61,427 bases of DNA from Bacteroidales bacterium (GTDB taxonomy: Bacteria > Bacteroidota > Bacteroidia > Bacteroidales > VadinHA17), in NCBI GenBank assembly GCA_011620595.1, contig WOYX01000005.1, forward strand, positions 1-61,427, given 5' to 3'. The notes under the pieces were generated by a model. The model did no database searches. It was not told where the DNA came from and was given only the letters and a program-made list of their open reading frames with translations. Of the stretch, positions 27,319 through 37,110 are shown one piece after another (position 1 is the first letter of the stretch; each line of letters opens with the position of its first letter). The translations under genes were made by a program, and so were the position numbers.

Positions 27319-27762
27319 ATGGAAAAGAAGAGGATTGGGATCATCATATGCGACAGGTATCATACCTGCGCCGGCGGCAAGTGCTTCAGGTCCGTACGCA
27401 ACCACGAGGGTGCTTTCGATAGGTATAAGGATCAGGATATAGAGGTGGCAGCCTTCACAACATGTGGAGGGTGCCCGGGAGGAAACGTTGAATATACCCC
27501 GGAGGAGATGATAAAAAACGGTGTGAGTGTAATTCACCTGGCAACAGGGCTGGTAGTGGGCTATCCGCCCTGCCCCAGGCTCGACTACTTCACCAGGTTC
27601 ATTCCTGAGAAGTATGGCATTGAGGTGGTTGTCGGAACGCATCCAATACCCCAGAAATATTACACTACACACATGAACCTCGGCACCTGGAAAGGGGCTG
27701 CCATGCAACGGTTCATCAAACCCACGCTGGCCGACGAGAAGACGAGGCTGGCCTACGATTAG
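27319..27762 (+). CDS. CGGC domain protein
   Basis: CAGGKC, TCGGCPG, VVGTH. Confidence 0.88.
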   Translation: MEKKRIGIIICDRYHTCAGGKCFRSVRNHEGAFDRYKDQDIEVAAFTTCGGCPGGNVEYTPEEMIKNGVSVIHLATGLVVGYPPCPRLDYFTRFIPEKYGIEVVVGTHPIPQKYYTTHMNLGTWKGAAMQRFIKPTLADEKTRLAYD

Positions 27763-27773
27763 TAACTGCACTC

Positions 27774-28874
27774 ATGAAGATAGCTGTTGCGAGCGGCAAA
27801 GGGGGAACAGGAAAAACCTTTGTCGCTACAAATCTTTTTAACGTATTGTCAGGCCGTGGTGAAAAAGTCACCCTGGTCGACTGTGATGCAGAGGCGCCTG
27901 ATGACCTGCTCTTTTTTGAAGCTACGAAAAAAAATGAGTTTGAGGTAACACACCAGGTCCCGGTCATCAACAAGGATGCCTGCACCTGGTGCGGACGTTG
28001 CAGCAGCTGGTGCAACTATAACGCGATTTTCTACGTGCCCACGGCTAAAGTAATCGAGGTGATAGAGAACCTATGCCACGGCTGCGGGGCATGCTGCTTC
28101 GCATGCAACACCGGTGCAATAACGGAAAAACCGGTGGTGCTGGGAATGGTAAGCTCCCACATGACTGACAGGGGCTATGCGCTGGTCGAATCGCGCCTGC
28201 GTGTCAATGAGATGTCTCCTGTCAGAGTTATCAAAGCCGCAATTAAGGAGGCCGGTGATGAGGGGGTTGTTTTACTTGATTCACCTCCGGGGACTTCATG
28301 TCCCTTCATACAGACAGTTGACAAGGCTGATTATGTTTTGCTCGTGACGGAACCTACTCCCTTCGGACTGAGCGATCTCAGGCAGAGTGTTGAGACCCTG
28401 AAGACCATGAACAAGAAGTGCGGTGTGATCATAAACCGCGCTGATATCGGAGACAACGGAGTGAGGGACTATCTTGGGGAGGAGCAGATACCGCTGCTGG
28501 CAGAAATTAATTATGACACTGCTATTGCGCGAAGCTATTCCGAGGGCAGACTTATAACAGAAAAGGACGACAAATTGGCCGGTTTCTTTGCCGGCCTTGC
28601 GGACCTGAAGAGAGTTCACGAGGTGGCCCGGAAATTCACATCCGAAGTAGGGGTGATAATCAACAAATATGATCTTAATGAAGGCATGGCAGACAGGATA
28701 GAGGGCTGGTGTGCAGCACAGGGAAGCACTTTGCTTGGCCGCCTGCCCTTTGACAGGAAGGTCACCGAAGCTATGGTGGCAAGCAGGAGCGTTGTCGAGA
28801 TGCACCCTGATATTGAGATCAGCAAAACGATAAAAGAAATCTGGAATAATTTAATGGTAAATGGAAAAGAGTAA
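27774..28874 (+). CDS. MinD-like P-loop ATPase with inserted 4Fe-4S ferredoxin (apparent fusion of two paralogs)
   Basis: SGKGGTGKT, CTWCGRC, CHGCGAC, DSPPGTSCP, TEPT; duplicated C-terminal segment. Confidence 0.85.
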   Translation: MKIAVASGKGGTGKTFVATNLFNVLSGRGEKVTLVDCDAEAPDDLLFFEATKKNEFEVTHQVPVINKDACTWCGRCSSWCNYNAIFYVPTAKVIEVIENLCHGCGACCFACNTGAITEKPVVLGMVSSHMTDRGYALVESRLRVNEMSPVRVIKAAIKEAGDEGVVLLDSPPGTSCPFIQTVDKADYVLLVTEPTPFGLSDLRQSVETLKTMNKKCGVIINRADIGDNGVRDYLGEEQIPLLAEINYDTAIARSYSEGRLITEKDDKLAGFFAGLADLKRVHEVARKFTSEVGVIINKYDLNEGMADRIEGWCAAQGSTLLGRLPFDRKVTEAMVASRSVVEMHPDIEISKTIKEIWNNLMVNGKE

Positions 28875-29682
28875 ACTTTTTGAGAAGATACCGATGGAAG
28901 GTGTCAAAAACATTATCGTGGTGGCTTCAGGAAAAGGGGGAGTAGGTAAGTCAACAATTGCCGCCAACCTTGCCATAGCCCTTGCACGCAACGGTATGAA
29001 CACGGCCCTGGTCGATGCCGATATCTTCGGGCCTTCGATACCGACCATGTTCGGGCTGGAAGATGCCCGTCCCGAAGTGAAATCCATTGACGGGAAAGAT
29101 TTAATCTTCCCGATAGACAAGTTCGGGATAAAAATCATATCCATTGGCTTTTTCATCGACCGCAGCCAGTCGCTTATCTGGCGCGGACCGATGGCATCAA
29201 ACGCCGTAAAGCAGCTCTTTGAGGATACCCAATGGGGAGAGGTAGACTATATGATAATCGATTTCCCTCCGGGGACCAGTGACATCCAGCTGACTACGGT
29301 ACAGAAGCTGAATCTTGCCGGCGCCATCATTGTGACGACTCCCCAGGAGATAGCATTGAATGACGCCCGCAAGGCATCCTCGATGTTTCTGAATCCTGAC
29401 CTGAAAGTTCCCATCCTGGGGGTTGTTGAGAATATGTCGTGGTTTAGCCCCGCTGCCCACCCTGAAGAGCATTACTACCTGTTCGGCAAGGGAGGAGGAA
29501 TAAAACTGGCCAAAGAGTTCAATACAAAACTGCTCTGCCAGATACCGCTGGTGATGGAAATGGGAGAAGCTGCCGATGCGGGCCGCAATGTCTTCCAGCA
29601 GACCAATAAAGCTGCGGTAGAGGCTTTTGAAGCCCTTGCCGGCCAGGTCATCCAGGCGACAGAGACGATTGTAAGCAGGTGA
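28861..29682 (+). CDS. Mrp/NBP35 (ApbC) Fe-S carrier ATPase
   Basis: SGKGGVGKS, WRGPM, DFPPGTSD, VENMS. Confidence 0.92.
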   Translation: MEKSKLFEKIPMEGVKNIIVVASGKGGVGKSTIAANLAIALARNGMNTALVDADIFGPSIPTMFGLEDARPEVKSIDGKDLIFPIDKFGIKIISIGFFIDRSQSLIWRGPMASNAVKQLFEDTQWGEVDYMIIDFPPGTSDIQLTTVQKLNLAGAIIVTTPQEIALNDARKASSMFLNPDLKVPILGVVENMSWFSPAAHPEEHYYLFGKGGGIKLAKEFNTKLLCQIPLVMEMGEAADAGRNVFQQTNKAAVEAFEALAGQVIQATETIVSR

Positions 29683-29799
29683 GGATGCCAAACGGGTTGC
29701 AATACCATATGCTATCCGAGTGATCTGATTGTATTTAAATCACTGGACTACAATACATTATGGCCTACGGCCAATTTCTCAATATTCCTCTCCTGCAGT

Positions 29800-29858
29800 C
29801 TGGCTGCTTCGCGCTAAAATGATCCACCGGGTCATTTTTTAACGCTCGCCCCTCTACT
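29800..29858. repeat. REP-like palindromic element, copy 1
   Basis: CTGGCT..TAAAATGATCCACCGGGTCATTTTTT.ACGCTCG.CCCTCTACT, similar to 43674-43729; both lie between convergent genes. Confidence 0.65.
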
Positions 29859-29867
29859 GCCTTATAA

Positions 29868-31928
29868 TCACTTCAAATAGGTATCCAGGAACTCGAAGAA
29901 CTCCTTCTGCCAGATGACGGCGTTCTGCGGTTTGGTGACCCAGTGGCCCTCATTCTCGAAGAAGAGCAGTCTGCTGGGCACACCGCGCAGTTGTGCCGAG
30001 TTAAAGGCCTCGAGACTCTGGCTGTAAGGTATCCGGAAATCGTTTGCCCCGGTGATGATCAGAATGGGGGTATCCCACTTGTCGACCATTGTATGCGGTG
30101 AGAACTTGTTGTATCCCGGAGGCTGTGGCTTGTCCCAGGGTGCTCCCTGGTAATCCTTGTTCGGGTACCAGTACTCCTCTGTCGAACCGTATTCGGCTAT
30201 TGTATTGTAAACACCACAATGTGACACGAATGCCTTGAACCGCTTGTTGTGAATCCCGGCAAGGTAGAACACAGAGTACCCTCCGTAGCTGGCTCCCACG
30301 GCACCGAGACGATCCGAGTCGACGAACGGCTCCTTCGCCATGGCGTCAATGGCGTCAAGGTAATCCTGAATGTTACGGCCGCCGTAATCACCCGAGATCT
30401 GTTCGCGCCAGTAACTTCCGAAGCCCGAGTTGCCACGCCGGTTGACGGCAACCACAATATAGCCGTTGGCTGCCATCATCTGGTAGTTCCAGCGGTAGCT
30501 CCAGCTCTGCCCGAGGGGTCCCTGCGGCCCGCCCTTGCAGTAAAGCAACGCCGGGTATTTCTTCGAAGGGTCAAAGTCGGGCGGATAGATGATCCAGTTC
30601 TGCAGGTCCTTACCGTCGCTGGTTCTGATGTACTTCTCCTCGGTCTTGCCCATCTTTATGCTCTCATAGATGTGGCCGTTGACATCGGTTATCATGTTGA
30701 ACTGCCCGGTTAACATATCAACGGCAGCCACTTCGGTGGGTCTCGACATTGACATCATGCCTGTGACAAGCACCCCATTATGCAGCTGCAGCGGCCCCAT
30801 GTCATAGTCTCCCTTCGTTACGCTGGTGATGCTGCCTGATGCGAGTGATATTTTGAATATCGGCTGTGTGCCGCGGTAGGGACTGGTGAACCAGATCTCA
30901 CCGGTGCTGTTCCACTGAATGTTGCCGACGTTGTAGTCCCAGCCCTCCGAGACCCATTTGCGCTCGCCGGAAGCAATATTGTAAACGAACATTCTTTCGA
31001 GGTCTGATTCATAACCGTCCTCCTCCATGCTCGAATAGGCTATCATGGCTCCGTCGGGTGAGAAGACCGGCGTCCTGTCGTAACCCATGTTTCCTTCAGT
31101 GATATTTTTCTCCTCACCGGTGGATACTTCGTAGAGGTAGATGTCAGTATTCGTGCTGAGCGTATAGGCCTTTCCCGTCAGCTTCTTGCAGGCATAAGCG
31201 ATATATTTCCCATCAGGACTCCACGCGATGTCAGCTTCGTCGAACCAGGGAGCATCGGGTGCATCAAAACGCTGTCCCTCCATTATGTCCTTCTCGTTGC
31301 TTATGGACGAACCGTCAAACGAGGCCGTGAAGATATGGCTGTAGGAGTAGTCATGCCAGTAGTCCCAGTGCCTGTACATCAGGTCATCAATGATCCTGAC
31401 CTTTGCTTTGGGGAGATCATATTTCTCATTTGCCGTCTGGTCGAGCTTCACGCGGCGGGTGAAGTATACCATATCGCCTGCCGGTGAGAATGAGAGTATC
31501 TCAAAATCCTGCAGGCCGGTTATCTCCTGTTTTGCTGTGCCGTCAGGCTTCATGGTCATGACTTTACCTCCTTCCAGATATGCTATTTTGGCTCCGTTGT
31601 CTATCCACTGCGGACCTGCCCCTCCAACGGTTGTCATCTGCACTGCACTCCCTCCGGCTGAGGGCACTGACCAGATGTTGGTCATTCGTGCTTCGGTGGC
31701 AAGATCATAGTGTGTAACTGTGTATAGTACCGTCGATCCGTCGGGAGAGAGTGCTATTGAACCCACGCGTCCGTACTTCCAGAGGATCTCGGGGGTGAGC
31801 ACACCGCCGGCCTTCTCGGCTTCGGTGAGTGACACATCGATAGTGCTCACGGCTGGTTTGTCTGTCTTCTTGCATGCAGCAGTGAAGAGCAGGACCAGGG
31901 CAATGAAAATGATGGATAATTTCTTCAT
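29868..31928 (-). CDS. S9 family peptidase (DPP5-like), lipoprotein
   Basis: GGPQ, GASYGG nucleophile motif, DFRI, ENEGHWV; propeller N-terminal domain. Confidence 0.93.
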   Translation of the reverse strand: MKKLSIIFIALVLLFTAACKKTDKPAVSTIDVSLTEAEKAGGVLTPEILWKYGRVGSIALSPDGSTVLYTVTHYDLATEARMTNIWSVPSAGGSAVQMTTVGGAGPQWIDNGAKIAYLEGGKVMTMKPDGTAKQEITGLQDFEILSFSPAGDMVYFTRRVKLDQTANEKYDLPKAKVRIIDDLMYRHWDYWHDYSYSHIFTASFDGSSISNEKDIMEGQRFDAPDAPWFDEADIAWSPDGKYIAYACKKLTGKAYTLSTNTDIYLYEVSTGEEKNITEGNMGYDRTPVFSPDGAMIAYSSMEEDGYESDLERMFVYNIASGERKWVSEGWDYNVGNIQWNSTGEIWFTSPYRGTQPIFKISLASGSITSVTKGDYDMGPLQLHNGVLVTGMMSMSRPTEVAAVDMLTGQFNMITDVNGHIYESIKMGKTEEKYIRTSDGKDLQNWIIYPPDFDPSKKYPALLYCKGGPQGPLGQSWSYRWNYQMMAANGYIVVAVNRRGNSGFGSYWREQISGDYGGRNIQDYLDAIDAMAKEPFVDSDRLGAVGASYGGYSVFYLAGIHNKRFKAFVSHCGVYNTIAEYGSTEEYWYPNKDYQGAPWDKPQPPGYNKFSPHTMVDKWDTPILIITGANDFRIPYSQSLEAFNSAQLRGVPSRLLFFENEGHWVTKPQNAVIWQKEFFEFLDTYLK

Positions 31929-32118
31929 GGTATCAGGTATCTTAACAGGTTTGTAATTGGCTCTTGTCCAAAAGTAGAAAATAATATGCAGCCATGAACC
32001 AATAGCACCGGCAAAATGTCATGCCTCCTGATGGCATATTTTTTGATTCTTCCGGACGGAAGATGTTTGTTGAAATCAGCTGTTATATGTTGGCTACGTA
32101 GCTTAAAATGTTGCAGTT

Positions 32119-35100
32119 ATGGTTTGGGACAGACGACATAATAACATCTTTGGAACTGCCAGGATAGCAATCCTGATGCTGGTTGCAGGCCTTGCAGCTG
32201 TCACTGATTCTCAGGCGCAGTATTTTGGCAGGAACAAGCCGGGGTACAGCTCCTTCAGGTTTGATGTACTTGAGACACCGGGGTTTGAGATATATCATTA
32301 CATTAAGAATGATACGCTTCTGAAAACTGTTTCGGAGTGGGCTGAGGAGTGGTTCAATATTCACCGGAATCTCTTCAGGGACACCTTTGAAACCAGGAAT
32401 CCACTGATATTTTATAATAATCATGCTGATTTTCAGCAGACCAATGCTGTCAGCAGTCTTGTCGGCACAGGCACGGGAGGGATAACCGAGGGCATGAAGA
32501 ACAGGGTCATTCTGCCCTTCGCCCTTACTCTTTCGCAGACGGACCACACCCTGGGGCATGAGCTGGTCCATGCATTCCAGTTTAATATGTTCACAAAATC
32601 AGACACCGCAAAAAGCTACTCACTGAATAACATCCCGCTTTGGATGATAGAAGGCATGGCTGAGTATTTCTCGCTGGGCAGTGTTGATCCCAACACCGCC
32701 ATGTGGATGAGAGATGCGTTGCTTAATAACGACTTCCCGACTCTTAAGCAGTTATCCTCAGATTCCAGGTACTTCCCTTACAGGTACGGACAGGCATTCT
32801 GGGCCATGGTTGGCAAGACATGGGGTGACACAGTCATTATCCCGCTGTTTGAGAAGACGGCTCAATATGGCTTCAGCAAGGCGGCTGACACAATCCTGGG
32901 TTATGATGAGAAAACCCTGTCAGGATTATGGTCGAGTGCCACCAGGCTGTTTTACAGTCAGTATCTGACGGCAGAGGCTGATGATATTGCAGGCAGAGAG
33001 CTGATAACAGGGAAGAACGGCGGAAGAATTAACATATCACCATCAATCAGTCCTGACGGTAAGTATATCGCTTTCTTCTCTGAAAAGAACGTCTTTACGC
33101 TTGATCTTTTCATTGCCGATGCTGTCACAGGCAAGGTTGTAAGCAGGGTGTCAGGGGCTGCTGCGCGGACCTATGACGATTTTAACTATGTCGAATCAGG
33201 TGGCAGTTGGTCGCCTGACGGCAGCAAGTACGTCTTCGTGCTATTCAGCGACGGGATCAACAAGCTTGCCTTCGTGGATGCAAAGAGAGGCCGGATTACC
33301 AGGGAGGTAGCCGTCAGGGGGGTGCCTGCACTGGAAAACCCCGCCTGGTCGCCTGACGGCAGAAAGATAGTTTTCACAGGGTCATCGGAAGGTATAAGTG
33401 ATCTCTACCTGTATGACATTATGTCGGATGAGACTAAAAAGCTTACAGATGACTTCGCCTCAAACATTCACCCTTCATGGTCTTCAGACGGCCGTAAGAT
33501 CATCTTCTCACAGGAGAAGATAAACAGCAGTGCCGGTCACCGTAAATTCAGCTTTGCCCTGGCAATCCTGGACATGAAAACAGGAAGTATCAGGGAGATC
33601 GATCTTTTTGACGGTGCTTACAATATGAACCCGTGGTTCTCGTCCGACGACAGCTCCGTCTATTTCCTCTCCGACGCTGACGGCTTCAGGAACATGTATA
33701 AATACGATATTGAATCCGGGCGCCTCTTCAGGCTCACATCCTACATGACCGGCATCAGCGGAATAACACCCTGGTCGCCGGCGATGAGCCGTTCACGCAG
33801 CGGCAACATAACAGTCTATAACTATTATATCAAAAACTCTTACCATATAGTGATTGCCGGTGACAATGATTTTGAGCCGGTGGAGGTTGACGGTTCGGTG
33901 GTCAATTTTGATGCCGGCACTCTCCCTCCGCTCCACCATGTATCGGCTAACCTGATAGACACAACGCTCTACAGCAGGAAGTCAAGCGAACCTTTGCCGG
34001 CAGATTCAGTGAAACATCTGCCTTACAAACCCAAATTCAAGCTCGATTACATCTCTAACAATGCCAGTATAGGGGTTTCGTCAGGTATCTACAGGAACAA
34101 TCTGGAAGGAAGTATCAATATGATATTCAGTGATATGATTGGTGACAACCAGCTATACTCCTCCCTCTCCCTCAACGGTGAGATATATGATTTTGCGGGA
34201 CAGGCAGCATATATCAGGCAGAAGGGCAGGATTAAATGGGGCACTGCCATCTCGCATATTCCATACCGTGCCGGGAGCATGTCATCCCGGGCCGATTCGG
34301 TCAGCCTGGAGGGTGAGATGGTGCCCGTTGAGGTGCTGCAGCTTGATTATATCAGGTTGTTTGAGGATAATCTTACCCTTTATGCTTCTTTGCCATTCTC
34401 CCAGACCAGGCGGGTTGAGGCAACTGCTTCATCATCATGGTATTATTACCGTATTGACCGGTATGATTATTACTACTTGCTGAACGGCTTAAATATCGGC
34501 GGCAGCAGGGAGAAGATACCTGCACCGGAGGGGAGCAGCTATCAGCAGTTATCTTTTGCATATGTCAAGGACAATTCACTGTTCGGCATGACGGCCCCGA
34601 TGCAGGGCAGCAGGGCAAGGTGCCAGGTAGACAAGTATTTCGGGGCGACGGATATCTTCACCGCACTCTTTGATTACAGGCACTATCTCTTCCTCAAACC
34701 GGTGAGCCTTGCATTTCGTCTTTACAGCTATGGCATGTACGGAAAAGGGTCAGGCTCCGGCGATGACCTCCTTCAGCCTCTCTACTTAGGCTATCCCTGG
34801 CTCATACGGGGATATGAGAACATCGGTTACGGCACAGAGAGCACTATAGAGCTGAACTCACTGAACATCTCCAGGTTGAGCGGCTCGCGTATGGCTGTGG
34901 CAAACGCCGAGTTGAGGTTCCCGTTCAGCGGTCCGGAGAGGCTTGCCCTGATCAAGTCAAAATGGTTCCTGACTGATGTAAATCTCTTTTTTGATGCAGG
35001 GCTGGCGTGGTATGGCGGTGACAGGATCATATTCAATGACGGCAGCTCGCAGGCGGCTGAAAACGAAAAATACCCGCTCTTCAGCACCGGCGCCTCGGTG

Positions 35101-35211
35101 CGCATTAACCTGCTTGGGTATCTGATCCTTGAGCCCTACTGTGCCTTCCCGCTGCAGAACGGAGGGTTTAAGAATCCTGTATTCGGGCTCAACTTCGTGC
35201 CGGGGTGGTAA
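32119..35211 (+). CDS. Zn-peptidase-like + TolB/PD40 propeller + Omp85-like barrel protein
   Basis: HELVH...EGMAEY, SPDG repeats, aromatic beta-strand C-terminus. Confidence 0.75.
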   Translation: MVWDRRHNNIFGTARIAILMLVAGLAAVTDSQAQYFGRNKPGYSSFRFDVLETPGFEIYHYIKNDTLLKTVSEWAEEWFNIHRNLFRDTFETRNPLIFYNNHADFQQTNAVSSLVGTGTGGITEGMKNRVILPFALTLSQTDHTLGHELVHAFQFNMFTKSDTAKSYSLNNIPLWMIEGMAEYFSLGSVDPNTAMWMRDALLNNDFPTLKQLSSDSRYFPYRYGQAFWAMVGKTWGDTVIIPLFEKTAQYGFSKAADTILGYDEKTLSGLWSSATRLFYSQYLTAEADDIAGRELITGKNGGRINISPSISPDGKYIAFFSEKNVFTLDLFIADAVTGKVVSRVSGAAARTYDDFNYVESGGSWSPDGSKYVFVLFSDGINKLAFVDAKRGRITREVAVRGVPALENPAWSPDGRKIVFTGSSEGISDLYLYDIMSDETKKLTDDFASNIHPSWSSDGRKIIFSQEKINSSAGHRKFSFALAILDMKTGSIREIDLFDGAYNMNPWFSSDDSSVYFLSDADGFRNMYKYDIESGRLFRLTSYMTGISGITPWSPAMSRSRSGNITVYNYYIKNSYHIVIAGDNDFEPVEVDGSVVNFDAGTLPPLHHVSANLIDTTLYSRKSSEPLPADSVKHLPYKPKFKLDYISNNASIGVSSGIYRNNLEGSINMIFSDMIGDNQLYSSLSLNGEIYDFAGQAAYIRQKGRIKWGTAISHIPYRAGSMSSRADSVSLEGEMVPVEVLQLDYIRLFEDNLTLYASLPFSQTRRVEATASSSWYYYRIDRYDYYYLLNGLNIGGSREKIPAPEGSSYQQLSFAYVKDNSLFGMTAPMQGSRARCQVDKYFGATDIFTALFDYRHYLFLKPVSLAFRLYSYGMYGKGSGSGDDLLQPLYLGYPWLIRGYENIGYGTESTIELNSLNISRLSGSRMAVANAELRFPFSGPERLALIKSKWFLTDVNLFFDAGLAWYGGDRIIFNDGSSQAAENEKYPLFSTGASVRINLLGYLILEPYCAFPLQNGGFKNPVFGLNFVPGW

Positions 35212-35493
35212 TGCCTGCAACAGGTGAGTTAGAACCCGGTCAGGTAAGCCGGCCTGGGAGCAAGAAGAACCGTATGCCGGCCACGGGTATATGTCACCGG
35301 TCATCTACACAATAGGCTTAGGTTCGTATTGCGAGTGGAGTGCAGACTCCACTTCTTGCACCTTAGACTGATACCTCACCGATTAAAGCAATAACCGGAA
35401 TTGTTTTTTTCAGTGATATAATTATTTTTGGATTGAATTCAGGCTTTCGCTGCGATTGTCTCCGGCGGAAAAATCCCTGATTCGAGACATGCC

Positions 35494-36948
35494 ATGCTGA
35501 TTACTGTCTTTATCGTTTATCTCTGTTTCCTCGTAGCCATTGTAGTGTATGCCTCAAGGCAGTCAAAGACGAATGCCGATTTTGTCCTGGGTGGCAGGAA
35601 GATCCCGGGGTTGTTCCTTGCCCTCTCCGAGAGGGCCACCGGCGAGTCGGCATGGCTGCTGCTGGGACTGACAGGCTTTGCTTATGCTGAAGGATGGAGC
35701 GCCATCTGGGTGGCCATAGGGTGCGTCTCCGGAATTCTCTTCCTATGGATCTTCATGGCTGAGCCCCTGAGAAGGGTAACCGAGAAAACCGGGGCACTGA
35801 CCGTGTCCGGATTATTTTTCCGGTCGTTCCCCGGCTCCGAAAGGAAAATCGGACTGCTGTCGTCGGTTATCATCATCATCTTCTTCGTCCTCTACCTCTC
35901 CGCACAGTTCAGCGGCGCCGGAAAGATATTCAATGACACCTTTCAGATCGAACCCTTCTGGGGCATGGTTATAGGTGCGGGCATCGTAACTCTTTATTCG
36001 ATGCTCGGGGGCTTCATCACCGTGGTGGCCGTCGACGCTTTTCAGGCTATCCTGATGATAATAACCTGCGTGGTACTGCCGATAGTTGCCCTCTTTATTG
36101 CTGCCGCGAACGGCATTGGCTTTGCCGAGGCCCTTATGCATTCTGATGTTGCGTTGCATGAAGCCTCTGCGACGCTGACAACCGGAGCCTGGGCCTTGCT
36201 GGTGGTCAACGGTCTGAGCTGGGCCTTCGGATATACGGGTCAGCCGCAGCTGCTCAACAGGATGATGGCCATGCGCAATCCAGCTGAGACTAAGAGGGCA
36301 AGGGTGGTAGCAATAGGATGGACCCTGCTGGCTTATACCGGAGCCTTTCTCATCGGTATCATCGGTTTTAAGATGGTACAGGAAGGACTGATGGGTGAAG
36401 GCGCTGCTGCTATCGCTGCCGATTCGGAAAAGGTAATGCCAATTATGGTTATGACCCTGCTGAACCCACTGCTGGCGGGTATCCTGCTCTCCGGAGCGGT
36501 ATCGGCCATGATGTCAACGGCATCCTCACAGCTGATAGTGGTCTCGTCATCAATAACCGAGGATATCTGGAGCAACCTGCAGCGAAAACCGATGCCTGAG
36601 AAGAGACTTCTCTTCCTGAACAAGTTCCTTACCCTGACGGTTGGCGTGGTTGCCTTCCTGCTGGTTCTGACGATGGAAGATACGGTTTATGGCCTGGTAT
36701 CTTATGCCTGGAGCGGCATCGGCGCCTCCTTCGGCCCGGCAATAGTGCTTCTGCTCTTCTGGAAGAAGTTTTCCAGGGCAGGAGTATATGCCTCCCTGAT
36801 AACCGGCACACTGTCAGCCATCATATGGAAGACATGGCTGGCTGACCCGACGGGTGTGTCGGAGCGTCTCGCAAGCTACCTTCTGGCATTCACCGCAGCC
36901 GTGCTTTTCAGCTTGCTCTTACCTGAAAGAAAGCACAAGTTCGACTAA
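35494..36948 (+). CDS. putP: Sodium/proline symporter (SSS family)
   Basis: FVLGGRK, SAWLLLGL, GYTGQPQ, SAMMSTASSQL, YAWSGIGASFGP. Confidence 0.8.
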   Translation: MLITVFIVYLCFLVAIVVYASRQSKTNADFVLGGRKIPGLFLALSERATGESAWLLLGLTGFAYAEGWSAIWVAIGCVSGILFLWIFMAEPLRRVTEKTGALTVSGLFFRSFPGSERKIGLLSSVIIIIFFVLYLSAQFSGAGKIFNDTFQIEPFWGMVIGAGIVTLYSMLGGFITVVAVDAFQAILMIITCVVLPIVALFIAAANGIGFAEALMHSDVALHEASATLTTGAWALLVVNGLSWAFGYTGQPQLLNRMMAMRNPAETKRARVVAIGWTLLAYTGAFLIGIIGFKMVQEGLMGEGAAAIAADSEKVMPIMVMTLLNPLLAGILLSGAVSAMMSTASSQLIVVSSSITEDIWSNLQRKPMPEKRLLFLNKFLTLTVGVVAFLLVLTMEDTVYGLVSYAWSGIGASFGPAIVLLLFWKKFSRAGVYASLITGTLSAIIWKTWLADPTGVSERLASYLLAFTAAVLFSLLLPERKHKFD

Positions 36949-37055
36949 AACATCATACCCTAGCCCTGATCCTCCGCTATGGAGGTATAGTATTTTATTC
37001 CAACCTGGGGCAAGCTGGGCTGGTTTGAAAAATTATGGATAGAATCTAGAAAATA

Positions 37056-37091
37056 TTTGTAGATTGACCGAAAATATATTATATTCGGTCA
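37056..37091 (+). promoter_or_regulatory. Promoter with an overlapping inverted repeat
   Basis: TTTG 37056-37059 and TATATTCG 37080-37087; TGACCGAA-N11-TTCGGTCA at 37065-37091. Confidence 0.5.
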
Positions 37092-37110
37092 GTAAACTGA
37101 TCGTAATATT

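Noticed and set aside
35318-35366. Hairpin upstream of putP as a riboswitch
   Set aside because: A stem (AGTGGAG/CTCCACT) is present, but I recognise no aptamer consensus and there is only one copy; an Rfam search would settle it.
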